A stretch of DNA of 58,360 nucleotides, counting the filler, from Sluysia triapertura (Eukaryota): NCBI GenBank assembly GCA_046118255.1. It is 4 parts of 4 records of this genome, joined end to end, with 100 filler letters (N's around TTAATTAATTAA, not from the genome) between each part and the next. Parts side by side here need not be neighbours in the genome. Positions count along the whole stretch, not along the records: positions 12,293 to 35,633 come from JBJNIA010206258.1; positions 35,734 to 47,252 come from JBJNIA010183846.1; 2 more parts are not named here. One strand, written 5' to 3'. Made by a program: the position numbers and the translations under genes. Positions 24,927 to 37,426 of the stretch are shown in pieces (position 1 is the stretch's first letter; each line of letters begins with the position of its first letter). The notes beneath the pieces were generated by a model, which was not told the DNA's origin, ran no database searches, and saw only the letters and a program-made list of their open reading frames with translations.

Positions 24927-25213
24927 TTGACTATAATAATCCAAAATTGTTAGACGAGGCTGATAGCTTAGTTGTCAGAGCGTCGAACTGCACCGCTGTG
25001 AACGAGAGGTCCCGGGTTCGATTCTGTTAAAATCAAATGCAATATTATACCTAAACTGCCTTCCAACATTTCCAAATTTGTGCACAAATCGGAATCACCA
25101 AATGTTAGACTTCGATAAATGAACTGATCTGGAATGGAATCCTGACCTCTCGCTTCTATGCTCTGACCACTGAGCTATCTGCCCGTCTAACATTTTTGGA
25201 TTATTATAGTCAA
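24927..25213. mobile_element. Fold-back element with two inverted tRNA-derived (SINE-like) arms
   Basis: Left TTGACTATAATAATCCAAAATTGTTAGACGAGGCTGATAGCTTAGTTGTCAGAGC..CGAGAGGTCCCGGGTTCGATTC. Right arm reverse complement TTGACTATAATAATCCAAAAATGTTAGACGGGCAGATAGCTCAGTGGTCAGAGC..CGAGAGGTCAGGATTCCATTC. Pol III A and B boxes present; no complete cloverleaf. Confidence 0.75.
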
Positions 25214-25636
25214 TTATTCTAAATGCTTAACCTCAACAAAGAGGTTAATTTAATATATTTGAAATAGTCAACATTTTTTAAATTTTGGAAATGGAAATAC
25301 TTTTAATTGTTAAAAATTGTAAATGTATAAATTTTAGCCTCTGTTTTTACATTTACTATTACGATATCATTAATTTGTTAACCGAATTAATCATAATAAA
25401 ATAAATCTTGATTAATCAGAAATATTTCAGGTTTTGTTGACAATAGTTGATGACTTTATCGATAATCTGAATGATGTCAAATTCTTGATAATGATTAATA
25501 AAATATTTCAAATTCTATAACAAATAAAGGTAACTAAGTATACATAAATGTATTTATTTTAAATCCAATATGGCTAAATGATTAGAAGATTAAATAGCAA
25601 GTATTATTTATTAAGCTATAGTACAGTATTGAAAAT

Positions 25637-25906
25637 TTAACCTTTTGAGTGAGTGAGAGTTTTCTTATGCATATGCTAAAAGTCCGGGATGAAATGCGTA
25701 GTATTTTTGGGGTGGAAACAATGAAAATGTTTATAATTAACACTAATTGTTATGTAACAAGTAATTTTGATAAAAAAATTATTTTTTATTTTCACTTATT
25801 ACAAAAATGTTTTGCTAAACAAATTCCATGAACTCCTTTTTTAGCAACATCTGCATTTTCGCATTAAGAAAAGCGCTATAGCGCTTCGCTGGACTCAAAC
25901 GGTTAA
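25637..25906. mobile_element. piggyBac-like MITE
   Basis: TTAA-CCTTTTGAGT...ACTCAAACGG-TTAA. Confidence 0.65.
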
Positions 25907-25970
25907 ATTTGTTAAATTGATTAATTTCTGCAAATTCTGCAATTGAAAAATTGAATTATTATAATTTCAG

Positions 25971-28900
25971 AGTTCAACTGAAGCTATTCTTGATGTAGAA
26001 TTCGATAAAAAGGATTCTTCATTAATGTACACTTGCGGGAAAAATCATTTAGGATTTTGGCAATATAAGAATGGTTCTTTAGTAAAGAAAACGGCAATTT
26101 ACGAAGTTAGTGCATGAACTCAATTTATTAATTATGTAATAATTAATATTTTTTAAGGGTTACATAAAAAACGTGTAATATTTAAACGTGTGATATTTAT
26201 GAGTAATAACTTTTATTTACTTTCAAATTATTTGTAATATAACTATTACTTTTAATTCTCTTAGGATTATTAAAACTTAATTCAATTTATCTTAAACTAC
26301 CGGGATAGTTTATGTAATAGTATAAATAATCTTCATCTGAGTTTTACTCCCTTCCGATGCAAAAGGTAGAAGTGTTTAACTTTCCTTTCCAATCCTAGGA
26401 AAATCAAAACGTAAATCTACTTAAGATATATTAAACAAAATGATTATTGAAACAAATTTCTAAGCTTTGCTTAAATTATAACAAAAAATTTTATATTAAT
26501 GATTTATTTTAAAACTGTATTTTAATTATCGGATATTTCCCATTAGATCAATTCTAAAATTCCAATAATTCGTCACCAAAATTCGCCTTTAGCTCCAGTA
26601 GTTTTTATTAATATTAAAATAAGCTTTGAAAACTCCACTAATTTGTCACCAATATAGTGAAAACCAACTCAAAAACTCGAATAGTTCGTTACTAAGACTT
26701 TTAAAATATTTTCGTCTCAAGATTTGTAATTACGTTTTTCTAGTCACAGTTTCTCTTTATATAGTAGTCTTTGATAGTACTTGTGGAGGGCGTTAAGTAT
26801 TTTATTTTTAATAAGTTAGTACTTTTGTTTATTTTTAATTGGTTATTAAAAAAATTTAAAATATTAATTAAATAAAAACAATTTAACTTTAATTTGAAAA
26901 TTTTTAACAAACCAGGCTTAAGGCATGTAAAAATTAACAATTTCAAAACAATAACAAAGGTTAATATCTTATTAATACAATATAAATATACTCACAATAT
27001 AATCACAATTAGGAACATAGTCTTCAGTTAAGAACATATCTGCATTTAAAATTTTTCTATTTTCTACAAATTTTGAATGTCGGTTTTCACAAGATCTTCC
27101 TGTATTTACAACACCAGGTATAATCATAAAGAAATTTGAAGTTACTACATAATTTTTAATATCAAAATTATTAAACGTTAATAAAATGTATGGTGGTAGA
27201 ACCTCTTTCTTTTCGAAATAACTAGTATTGGTGATTAAGGTGCCGCAAATATAATTATATAGAAAACATAATGGAATAATTTTATGTATTAAAATCTTCA
27301 TAACAAATTTAACAACTTCCATAAAATTCCACAAAACATAATATTGATTTTTTAACCAAAAATTAATATTATTATTAATTATTATTTTTTAAATCATAAC
27401 ATATACCTTATTTTATTAACATGCAAATTAATGTACATATATATACATATACATACATATACATACATGCATGCGTACATAATGATTAAGATTTCTCTTA
27501 ATTAATTTCAAATTTAGTTTAATATTTAACCAGAAATAATTCTTGGTTTAGATCGGTAAATTTTAAATAGTAATTTGTTCCTGCAATAATTGTAAAACTA
27601 ACCTTAAAAATAAATAATCTTACGACTTCATGGATAAATGTCCACAATCGCGTTCTGATAAATACTCTTCGTTGAATAATGTATACTAAGTCCGATTTAA
27701 CCGATTGAATAATAACAAATTAGCAAGACAGTCGTAGATTTGGTAAATTTGTAATAAATATGGCACTCCGCGAATCGTATATATAGAAGACATGAGGGTA
27801 AATGAGATAAGAAGAAATTAAAAAGGTGACAAAGACAGTAGAAATGAAAACGGTGTAAACAGAGTATAGCTCTTGCGTAGTATTTCCGGATAAATCGTAG
27901 GCAGATGGAACATGTTGTATAACTCATGCCAGAAAAGATATTATTGATCTAACTAAAAATAGAAGAATATAAGAAAATTATTAATTACATAATATTATTT
28001 TTATAACCTAATATAATATTGTGAGAATTTGGTTTATAACTTTTATACATTATTTAATGTTTATTTTTATGATACCGGGCTTACACACTTAAGAGCCGAT
28101 ACATAGATGTTAGTGTAAAGAGTATTGAAAGCTTTTAGGAATTTCAATTAGATGTCCGCCATTTTCAGTGAGATTATATTTCAAGTCAATTTATGTGTGA
28201 TCTAAAACGATCTTTTATGTGAAATTTAGATTTATTACAATGAAAATAGATTTTTATTATGTCTTCAAATATTATAACAAGCATATACAAGTTATATATA
28301 TATATATATGCTTATCAAAGAAATGTGTATTTCTAGAATAACTGAACGTAATAGTTGTTTAAGAATTATTTCAAAATCAGAAATTGTTTAATATTAATGG
28401 AAGATTTATCTCTTAACAAATTGAATGTTTTGTCTATTTGTTTATTTTATCTTTAATAAATTGATTTTTCTATTAACGTGTTTTATTATTTTATCATATA
28501 AGAAAAACAAATTTTGGTTTATAAGATAATTAAATTCAAATTAAAAAACAAGTTTATTAAGTACAGTTATAATTATAAAAATTTATAAATAATATTAGAA
28601 CACAGGTTATTGTTATCCCTCATGATGTAATACTGTACAAATCAATTAATACAAAATGTTGAAGCTTTGCATAAAAAATAAAAATTCAATAATATTAGGA
28701 TATTAAAACAAATAATATTAATACACTGAATATTAACAATATTTTCATCTTATTACTGCACATTATTAAGAAGATCTACTTATTATTATTATTATTACAA
28801 TTATAACTTTAAATAATTAAATTATTTATTAACATATAAAATCCATGTACAATAGAATCCCGTTAAATCGAATTGACACCTTAGAGAAAAACAATCTACT

Positions 28901-31900
28901 TTGAATTATATGAATTTTCATAATAATATTACTATCTTGTGTTTTATTTTAAGATATCTACCATTAAAATCTACTTAAATTATTACCAAATTATCGATGA
29001 TAACATTTGTCACATGTATCATTCAAGAATTAAATTATCTATGTCAGTTTTTGAAGAAAAATAGATTTTATCACACTGTTATATTAAAAATTTAACAAAT
29101 TTTTAATAATTCTCTCAATTATTCCCTAAACAAAATAAATAATATGTAACAATTTTAATTCCATTGGTCATTGATAACTTTAACTTTATTGTATGAGTTA
29201 CAAACTCATTATTATAATTTGTATCTTTTTAAGTACAATAAACAATAGCATTACGAGCTTTTGTTACATGGTTATTTTAAAGGAAATAACAAAATACATT
29301 TAGTTAAATATTTCCACATGTCGTACTTGTTGTAAGCAAATCAATGAAAAAAATTTTCTGCAAATTAATTATAATATTGAAAGTATAAAAAGTGACATTG
29401 AAAGGCTTTCCTAGTTAGTTACTATTCGAGTTACAAGTCATCGTGATAACATAGAAGTAAGTGAAAAAGTATTGATTATATTATATTTTTAGAAATATGA
29501 AAAACCGAAAATCGTTACTTGTATGACTTTTGGTGAAAGTGGTGATATTATTACTGGGGATTCTTCGGGAAATATTTTTTTCTGGAATAATGGTTTGTGT
29601 ATTTATTTAAATTATCGATTTTAACATTGATCAAATGTATGAAGCTAATTTTTATAACAATTAATTTAGAATTTACTTTTTGTTTTATGTTGAAAGTATT
29701 AAAAAACAAATACATAGATTTGTGAAGAAATTTTGAAAGAATTTCACTTTTAATTTGAATTTAGATCGTCGTGGAATTACCCAACAAATCAAAGCTCATG
29801 AAGGACCAATATTTGCAATTGAATGCTTTGGTAAGAAATTGATTTCCACTGGTGGTAAAGATCATGAAATTTGCGAATGGAACATGGAAACTTTTCAAAA
29901 AAACACTGAGGCTGAAAGTTTAAACTTGAAATTAGATACTAGTTTAGGCTGTGGTCGTGCATTTTGTGAGCTAGACGATGGATCTTGGGTTATTGGAACT
30001 ACTTTAAATTGTATCGTACAAGTTAGATCTTATTTTATATATAATCGAGAAAAATTAATAATTCATTTTCTGTATTAAATAAGAAAAATATAAGTAAGAT
30101 AAAATTATAGAATATTCATGAAAAACGTATTCATACTTGGGACATCAATTTTGATTTATTTATGTTTCCTTATAACAAAAATCGTGTTGTATCACGAAAT
30201 TCAACGTGATGGTACATTTTTCAAGTTAATTTTTTCTGCATGGCTTTGTCATTTTCGTTCGTAATATTGACCAATCGAATTTTATTTAATATATAAAAAC
30301 ATATAATTAACGAAAAATTATAATTATAATTTAGCATTTAACTTACGAAAACATTAAATGTAAAAACATTTAAAAAATAATTATTAAAATATAACATTAC
30401 TAACTGATTTAATATCATTATTAAACGAAGTTTTTAATTATTTATTATTAGAAATTAAAAATTATGGAATCTGTTTAATTAATAATTCTTGTAATATAAT
30501 ATTTAACTTTAATATATTTTGTTTTGTTAAGAATATTACTGAATTCCTTTTTACTTATAGCCATCTTGTTGCAAACACCTCTTAGTACCTGGAAAATATT
30601 TTTAGCAATTGTGAAAAGCATTGGGTTTGGAAAGAAGTCGAAACTAAATTTAACCTTTTCATTTTCACAATATTACGAAGCGATAAATGACATAATTATC
30701 TTAAACCTTAATTATTCAATGAAACGATTAAAAGTTTGTATTATATTTCGAGCATTTAAATAAATAAACTTAAATAAATTTCAATATTTAATGGCAAACA
30801 TCGTGAAAATATTTATTGTTCATACATTTTTTACTTTCCAAATATTTGCATTGTTGCATTTAAACTTTCATTTTCATTTATTCTCAATAGTTGAAATGAT
30901 GTGGCTTTATTTGAATTAGAGAACCTATTATCATAAATGGAAAAATTATACTTAAGTGAGCTCACCTGTTATCCAAGACTTACAGGAAATTCCTTGTGCA
31001 GAGTACTTATAAGGTAAGAAATTTCAAAGAAATTGAAGGTCAAATATGACTTTTAATTCATGTTATTATGTGCAATTATTCAGATGCTAGATTTACTTAT
31101 AAAAGATTTCATTTATTATTTTTAACTTACTAGAAATATTTATTTTGATCCATTATTTAAAATAAGGAGTAGAAATTTTAACAGTTGTATTAACCGTTGC
31201 GATCTTTGACTTGTAATGATCTTTAAATTGAATGATTAACTTGTGTTGTTAATTTGTGTATTTCTTTTATATCGTTGATCTTTGTTATGACTTTGTATTT
31301 ATTATGAGTTTTTGATTCAAATAGTTCAGAAGGCCTAAAGCAATTATTCTTATGAATATGATTACTATTGTTATTATTTCTGTAATTAGTACTATTATAT
31401 TATTATTTACTATTATTCAATATTATTATTACGCTCTTATCTGTGTCCCTATATCATAATTAAGTTAGTTTACTGTGTTGCCGACATAACTTCCCTTCAG
31501 AAAAATTTTAAAAAATGAATTTTACAATACACAAGAGAAATGTGAAAGAGAAAAGCTAAAAGATAAAATAAAGTGAACAATGTTAAATATACACTTTTAC
31601 AAATGAAAAATGAAGTCGTTTAATCGTCGTCAATAATTATTATGTCATCAAATTCTTCGTATTTAAACTATTCTTCGTTCGAATTACTGCCGGAATCGTC
31701 TAATTGCATGATGCAGTTGTCAGAGGCTTTCTCAATTAGCAATGGACATTTTGAGTACTCTTCATAAAGGAGCTATTATTATTGGACTCTTGTCTTTTGG
31801 GAAGTTTTGCAAGTTATTTAGAATTAGAGAAAGACATATTTGGGTAAAAGAAAATAGATTATTATCTATCTCTGAACTAAGTATATTTGGGATGATATTA

Positions 31901-32996
31901 AAACAGTGAATATCGAAAAGTTTCATTTTTACCACAACATCTGTCAAGGCTGTTAGAGATTAACTTGTGTATTTTTGCGCGTAGATGCGCCATCTGAATC
32001 ATATAGTAAGGGGAGCAAAAATTGAAGATGTAGGTAAAATAAAATTCATGTTAGTTTATTATTTATATTATTTCATTTACAAAATCTTTATTGAGTTAAG
32101 GTATGAGATTTTCTTTTTTTAGAAAAGGGTTAATATTCTTTTTAGGAATTTTTCTGTCTTTTTGTACAAATGTTGAAATTGTCTCCTGTGACGATTATGT
32201 TTTCTGAATGATCCAGTCAAGTAGGATATACCGCTGGAGCTAACGTATTTTAAGTTGGTTGAATTATTTATATAGTTTATGTTAGGTTATTCAGAATTAT
32301 TATCTATTAATATAGTGTCAACAGTAGAGATATGTTTCAACTTATTTTTATAGAAAGCTTGAGTTTCTGTTATAGTAGTTCTACAGAGTGGATAAGGATG
32401 TTCTATAGATGCCAAATGAATTTAAAATGAAATTTATGTAAACGGATTATTGTTTGCATATGATACTTGTGTATTCATTTTTGAAAAATGCATTTTCTAA
32501 GTAGATAAATGAAATATTTAATAAGATACTATTTAAATAAGGAAAATAAAATAAATAAAAAGGTAAAGATACCAAAATATTTACAATATTGTATTTACAC
32601 TGTTTACAATGATGTAATCAGTCAAGTAGGGGAAAAATTGCCTCTGAGGTTTATTTCATCACTGCCAGTGTCATTCGAACTTTAAATGAATATTTCTTAC
32701 TGCACAGAGCTGGTAAATATAATTTAATGGTTTCATCTCAAGGCTGGTTGCAAGCGATGCACAAAGGGTAACTATTATAATGCAAAGATAAATGTTCCTT
32801 GTATTGCAAAATGTAATCGTTTTACTACTTTTGGTTTCATATTGAACATATATAATATTGTCTTAATTTTGATGCTAGATAATCGTTACATATTGTACTT
32901 GTTTATGGATTTTCTTCCAAGAACTAAAATTGAATCTTGCAGGTTAAGATACATTCAGTGTACTTGAATACCTTAACTTTTGTTTCTGATTATTAC

Positions 32997-33044
<48 letters not shown>

Positions 33045-35327
33045 TATTACTATTATTATTATTACTATTATTACTATTACTATGTGTCATGCTGTCATAC
33101 GTGGCATAATTAACATTTAATATGTTACCTCACAAAATTATTTATCAATAATTTTAGATTTCTGATAATAAAGTAAAAAATACTATTTTATCGGCTCATC
33201 ATGATGAATTGTGGGGTCTTTGTACTCATCCACAATCTGATTTATTCCTCACAGCTGCTTTTGATAAACAATTATTAATGTGGGATTCTAATTTGCATTG
33301 TCAAGTTGGAAAGTTGGACTTAAGTTTTCGTGTACAAAGTCTTAGTTTAAATCCTGTAAATGGTTCTGTAGCTTGTGTTGGTGGCACAGAAGGTTGTTGG
33401 GCACTGTGTAGTATAGATCCTAGTAATATGAATGTTTTACAAACTGGACAAGAAGGAAGCGAAGCGATACAATGCATAGAATTTAGTCCAGGTTATTTAT
33501 TTATAAACATTAATTAAATTTAGTTTTTTCTATAGATTATGAAAGCCGCAAATATAGGATCATGCTTAAAATCTATAATAATTATGTTCTTTTTAAATAA
33601 GTAAAGTTCATTCATCATTTATTCTTATTACAGTTAGACAAAGAAAAAACAATGAACAAAAATAATGTGTTTGGGAAATTTAAAGTTACATATGTGATTG
33701 CTGTTTATAATTTATGTAATGTGCATTGCATGTATTTTAATTGTTGAGATGGAATCTTTGATCTACGTAAATGAAAATTTACTTAAATACTATATTGAAA
33801 TTACCTTAGAAATTATCTTTGTTTGAAAATTATAAGTTTATAAAAAATGAAATCTTTCAAACACTCATAACCAATTTCTTTGCATCAAAGAAATAAAGCT
33901 CTTAGCAAAGTAGAAAAGTAACTAACTTGAAAATTTAAAGAAATGCATTTCTAGAATTCGAACTATTTCTCAGTTTTCCGAAATGAAACATTACAATTTT
34001 ATTTTCCAGAAGTCTCAAAATCATTCATTAAAGCTTATTCAAATATTTTGCTGTCAACAATTATATGCTCATTTATTAAGTCCAACAAGCTGGTTTCTTT
34101 CACAGAATGTATTCGGTTTGCTCGTAATTAGAGTTTTAGTCTACTGGCTCATTTCGTGGTCAGTGTTAATGGTTTGACATGAGCAATACGACACAAAATT
34201 CTAAAATCGAAATATTTTTATTACAAAGTGTTAGGTTGCTATCACAACTCTCTAAAATTATTTAAAATGTCACTAGAACATTTTAAAATCATTAAAAAAT
34301 TATTTTCGAAAAAAGAAAATTCATTTTTAAAAACAGAGTAGAAGCTTCCAGAACATTCTATCGATTCTTATTGGCTGATGACTAGTATCTAAGCTAGTAT
34401 CAGCTTTGTCAAAATCGCCATTTTGATTTTTACAAAAATTTTTTTACGTGTTTTATATTCGCCATATTGGATACTTCTTGAAATTTTTAGTTGATTCATT
34501 CGCAGCTATCTATCATTTGATTCAACAATTACATAAATTTATGTCATGTACAGATCAACAGTAGGATTCCCGTTTTCTATCCAGACAATCAACTTTAGAA
34601 GCTGAAATTATAAAATATACTCAAAATCTTATTTATTTCAATTATTAGTCCTCGATATATTGAGAGATAGACTCCACGTAACATATTACAGTTACAAAAT
34701 TGAACGCTCTCGGAGCTTTAATTTTAAATTGCCTTTTTATTAACTTATATTTTACGTGTAATTCTTATTATTATCTCGTTTAATTGTTCGTTTTTTATGT
34801 GCAATAAAGTTATAATCTTGTTTTTATTTAATTGAAATGCATATTAACTGGAAATTGTAAATTAAATTAATAAATTTTTAGAAACAAATATGTAGTTAAT
34901 TGAGCATTTGATAAGGCCATAATTAAGAAGCAGTGATATTTAGATAAAGTATTAGCTTATACGGTTACAGAAACGCCCTCTTCCTACATAAGACGTTTAC
35001 TGTAATCTGACATTTTGCCGTAGGTTAGTGTTAGAAAAAACCACTGCACAAGTATATTATAAATTTATTAAAAATTATTAAATATATCTATTTTATTATC
35101 TTGATACTGCCATTTAATTTTCAGATGGCACTCATGTAGCACTTGGTTCACGTGATAATGCTATTTATTTGTTTAAAATAACTGATAATGTAATGAATAA
35201 AGTCGGTAAATGCAGTGGACATTCCAGTTTCGTTACTCATGTTGATTGGTCAAAAGATGGCCAATATATCCGCAGTAATTCAGGTGATTATGAATTGCTG
35301 ATTTGGAATGCAAATACTTTTAAGCAA
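25971..35327 (+). CDS. EML: Echinoderm microtubule-associated protein-like (EML/EMAP) WD40 protein, partial. Exons 25971-26105, 29493-29592, 29765-30021, 33158-33491, 35125-35327
   Basis: SSTEAILDVEF..TCGKNHLGFW, KYEKPKIVTCMTFGESGDIITGDSSGNIFFW, KAHEGPIF, AHHDELWGLCTHP, FSPDGTHVALGSRDN and CSGHSSFVTHVDWSKDGQYIRSNSGDYELLIW are EML TAPE-domain signatures. GT-AG junctions in phase. 3' end lost at the contig end. Confidence 0.9.
27697..27927 (-). pseudogene. Degenerate RING-H2 finger ORF, antisense in EML intron
   Basis: CSIC-x13-CLHRFHFYC. The last CxxC pair is decayed (SCLLY). Confidence 0.6.
32370..32492 (-). pseudogene. Second, more decayed RING-H2 paralogue, antisense in EML intron
   Basis: KCIFQK*IHKYHMQTIIRLHKFHFKFIWHL, then frameshifted HPYPLCRTTI. 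Aligns with IRKYYARAILCLHRFHF of 27697-27927. Confidence 0.5.
32990..33082 (+). repeat. (TTA/CTA)n microsatellite
   Basis: Read directly. Confidence 0.95.
34229..35045 (+). mobile_element. ~0.8-kb interspersed repeat, solo-LTR-like (family B)
   Basis: Starts TGTTAGGTTGCTATCACAAC. Ends ..GACGTTTACTGTAATC..TTTGCCGTAGGTTAGTGTTAGAAAAA. Both ends are shared with 45445-46234; the start and GACGTTTACTGTAA are shared with 56777-57459. Confidence 0.7.
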
Positions 35328-35633
35328 GTTCGTGCACAGTTTATATTTTCGAAGAATTTATATATTATAATAGTACTATCCGACTGTCTGTATGTATATA
35401 GAAATAGTTGTCCTAATATAATTTTTAACTCTATTTCAGCCAGATTGTTTTTGCCAAATTCGTGTGAACCAGTTTATAGATTACTAATGACTAACATATT
35501 ATATTGTAAAGGTGTATATAATTTTATATTTTATATTTTTTAATTTTTTACGTTTGTGTAATTTTAAAAAATATAAAAATTATTAAAATTTATATATTTT
35601 AAAAAATTATTAATTTAATTATAGTAAAATTAA

Positions 35634-35733
35634 NNNNNNNNNNNNNNNNNNNNNNNNNNNNNNNNNNNNNNNNNNNNTTAATTAATTAANNNNNNNNNNN
35701 NNNNNNNNNNNNNNNNNNNNNNNNNNNNNNNNN
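35634..35733. other. Artificial contig-joining spacer
   Basis: N44-TTAATTAATTAA-N44. Confidence 0.97.
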
Positions 35734-35984
35734 TAATTGAAGTTATACTTCATTAATATACTTTAATTAGTTGTTCATTGTTTACTTAGTTTTGTTTAAC
35801 CGTGTTAAACTATTGAAATTAAAAAGAAATTAAACTAAGAGTAAATCAAGATTTTTAAATAAGCTAGAAATCAAGCAACGGAAAAATAATTAAGGAGGAG
35901 CTCTTAGTTTCAATAATTATAAATAAACTTGTTATCGTCAATGTGCCTCTTTTCTAATTAATATACTTTGATTGGAAAATCCTA

Positions 35985-36552
35985 TAGGAACGTTTCCAGT
36001 AAGGGTGTAGGTGAAACCTACATCATATTATTTTGTAAATCGACGGAACAGAAACGATAAAAAAACGTATCATGCATCTAAAACCAACTTGTCATCTAAA
36101 TAAAGTACACACAATAACGAGTACAAAGTAGCCACTTACTGCAGCGAAAATCACCATTTAGTGTATAGTTCTCCTTCCTCACCAGCTTTACTTTTTTCAA
36201 TAAGCTTTCCACCCCACTCGATTAAATTTAACAATACATACAAAAATTATCATATCGTGTACTTCTGACATTCCTTAGACTACAGTAGACACATACCAGC
36301 AATTCCAATCAAACAAATACTCATAACAATAAATCGATCATGCCGCGTGAACAGAAAATCATCTGCGGGTTTAACACGCCATTTAAATATGCAACCTCTG
36401 CGCACAATATCGTCTAGTCAATACATTCTTCTTAGTTCACTTCTAGAATTACTGGAAGGTTATGACCAGTAAAAAATCCACCGCACAGAAACTTGTTATT
36501 TGATTCATAAATCCACTAATTTTCTACGTTCAGAGATGCGAAAGGGGGAGTA
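35985..36552 (+). mobile_element. Possible decayed LTR-retrotransposon 3' region
   Basis: GTFPVRV*VKPTSYYFVNRRNRNDKKTYHASK resembles the integrase GPY/F tail. Polypurine tract GAAAGGGGGAG at ~36540. Confidence 0.35.
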
Positions 36553-36769
36553 CTTCCGACAAGATAAATTCTATTCCTTCGACAGTCTAATCTACAATAA
36601 TTATTCAAAATGTAAAGAAATCAATGAATCTATTTAAATAATAAGTAATTACTTTTTGCGTTATATTGTTTATTTATTATTATTTATTTAAATTGTTTTT
36701 ATTTTTTCAATATTATATCTGTAATAATTTTTTCCCACTGTGTAAGAGTTAAATTTATTTTTATTTCAG

Positions 36770-36958
36770 ATCTGCAGAAATATCGTATTCGATGTCATTA
36801 TGGTATCAAAAGAAGTATAAAATCAATCTTCCGGCTAACTATAATAACGCATTACAAAAACAGTTAGATCAAATTCGAAAGGCACTTAGTCTAAATCAGC
36901 ACCATGATACTATAACAGGTACATCAAAAGAATATGTCACACTAAATGCTGGTGAACG
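36770..36958 (+). CDS. MAN2A: Golgi alpha-mannosidase II (GH38) internal exon
   Basis: AG/GT-bounded 189-nt exon SAEISYSMSLWYQKKYKIN..IRKALSLNQHHDTITGTSKEYV, containing the GH38 middle-domain QHHDxITGT motif. Confidence 0.85.
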
Positions 36959-37221
36959 GTTTGATTTCATGTTTTTATTTTGCTTGATTATTGTAAACGA
37001 TATTCAATATTAAAACGATAAACGTTTTATATTATTTGGAATCAGTAACTCGAAATGGCCTGTCAAGTCATTTTTTCTTCTGAACTCCTTACGCAAAATA
37101 CAAAAAAATATTAGGCTATCACATTGCTCTTAAATTTAGAAGCAAGATTTTGGGTATCGCTAGTCTATTAATAAATTTTTATTAAAAGTAATCTTACATT
37201 AATTTTTATAGAGTTCTGTAG

Positions 37222-37426
37222 TTAACCCTTTCGCTGCGAAACACGTTTTGAAATTTTGCGACCGCTGTGCGCATGTATTTCAGTGGTTGCGAGTTTATTT
37301 GTGTTGAGTAGTTTGAGTTACATCCGTATACAATATATGGCATAAAAAGTCGTGTTGAGCATGAAACCATTTTAAAACATTATGTGAAAATACGAATATA
37401 TATGTGTAGAGCAGCGAAAGGGTTAA
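37222..37426. mobile_element. piggyBac-like MITE
   Basis: TTAA-CCCTTTCGCTGC...GCAGCGAAAGGG-TTAA, with a perfect 12-bp TIR and TTAA target. Confidence 0.85.

Noticed and set aside
24955-25030. Functional tRNA gene
   Set aside because: A and B boxes are present, but no acceptor stem or proper anticodon arm can be formed, and it is part of an inverted repeat.
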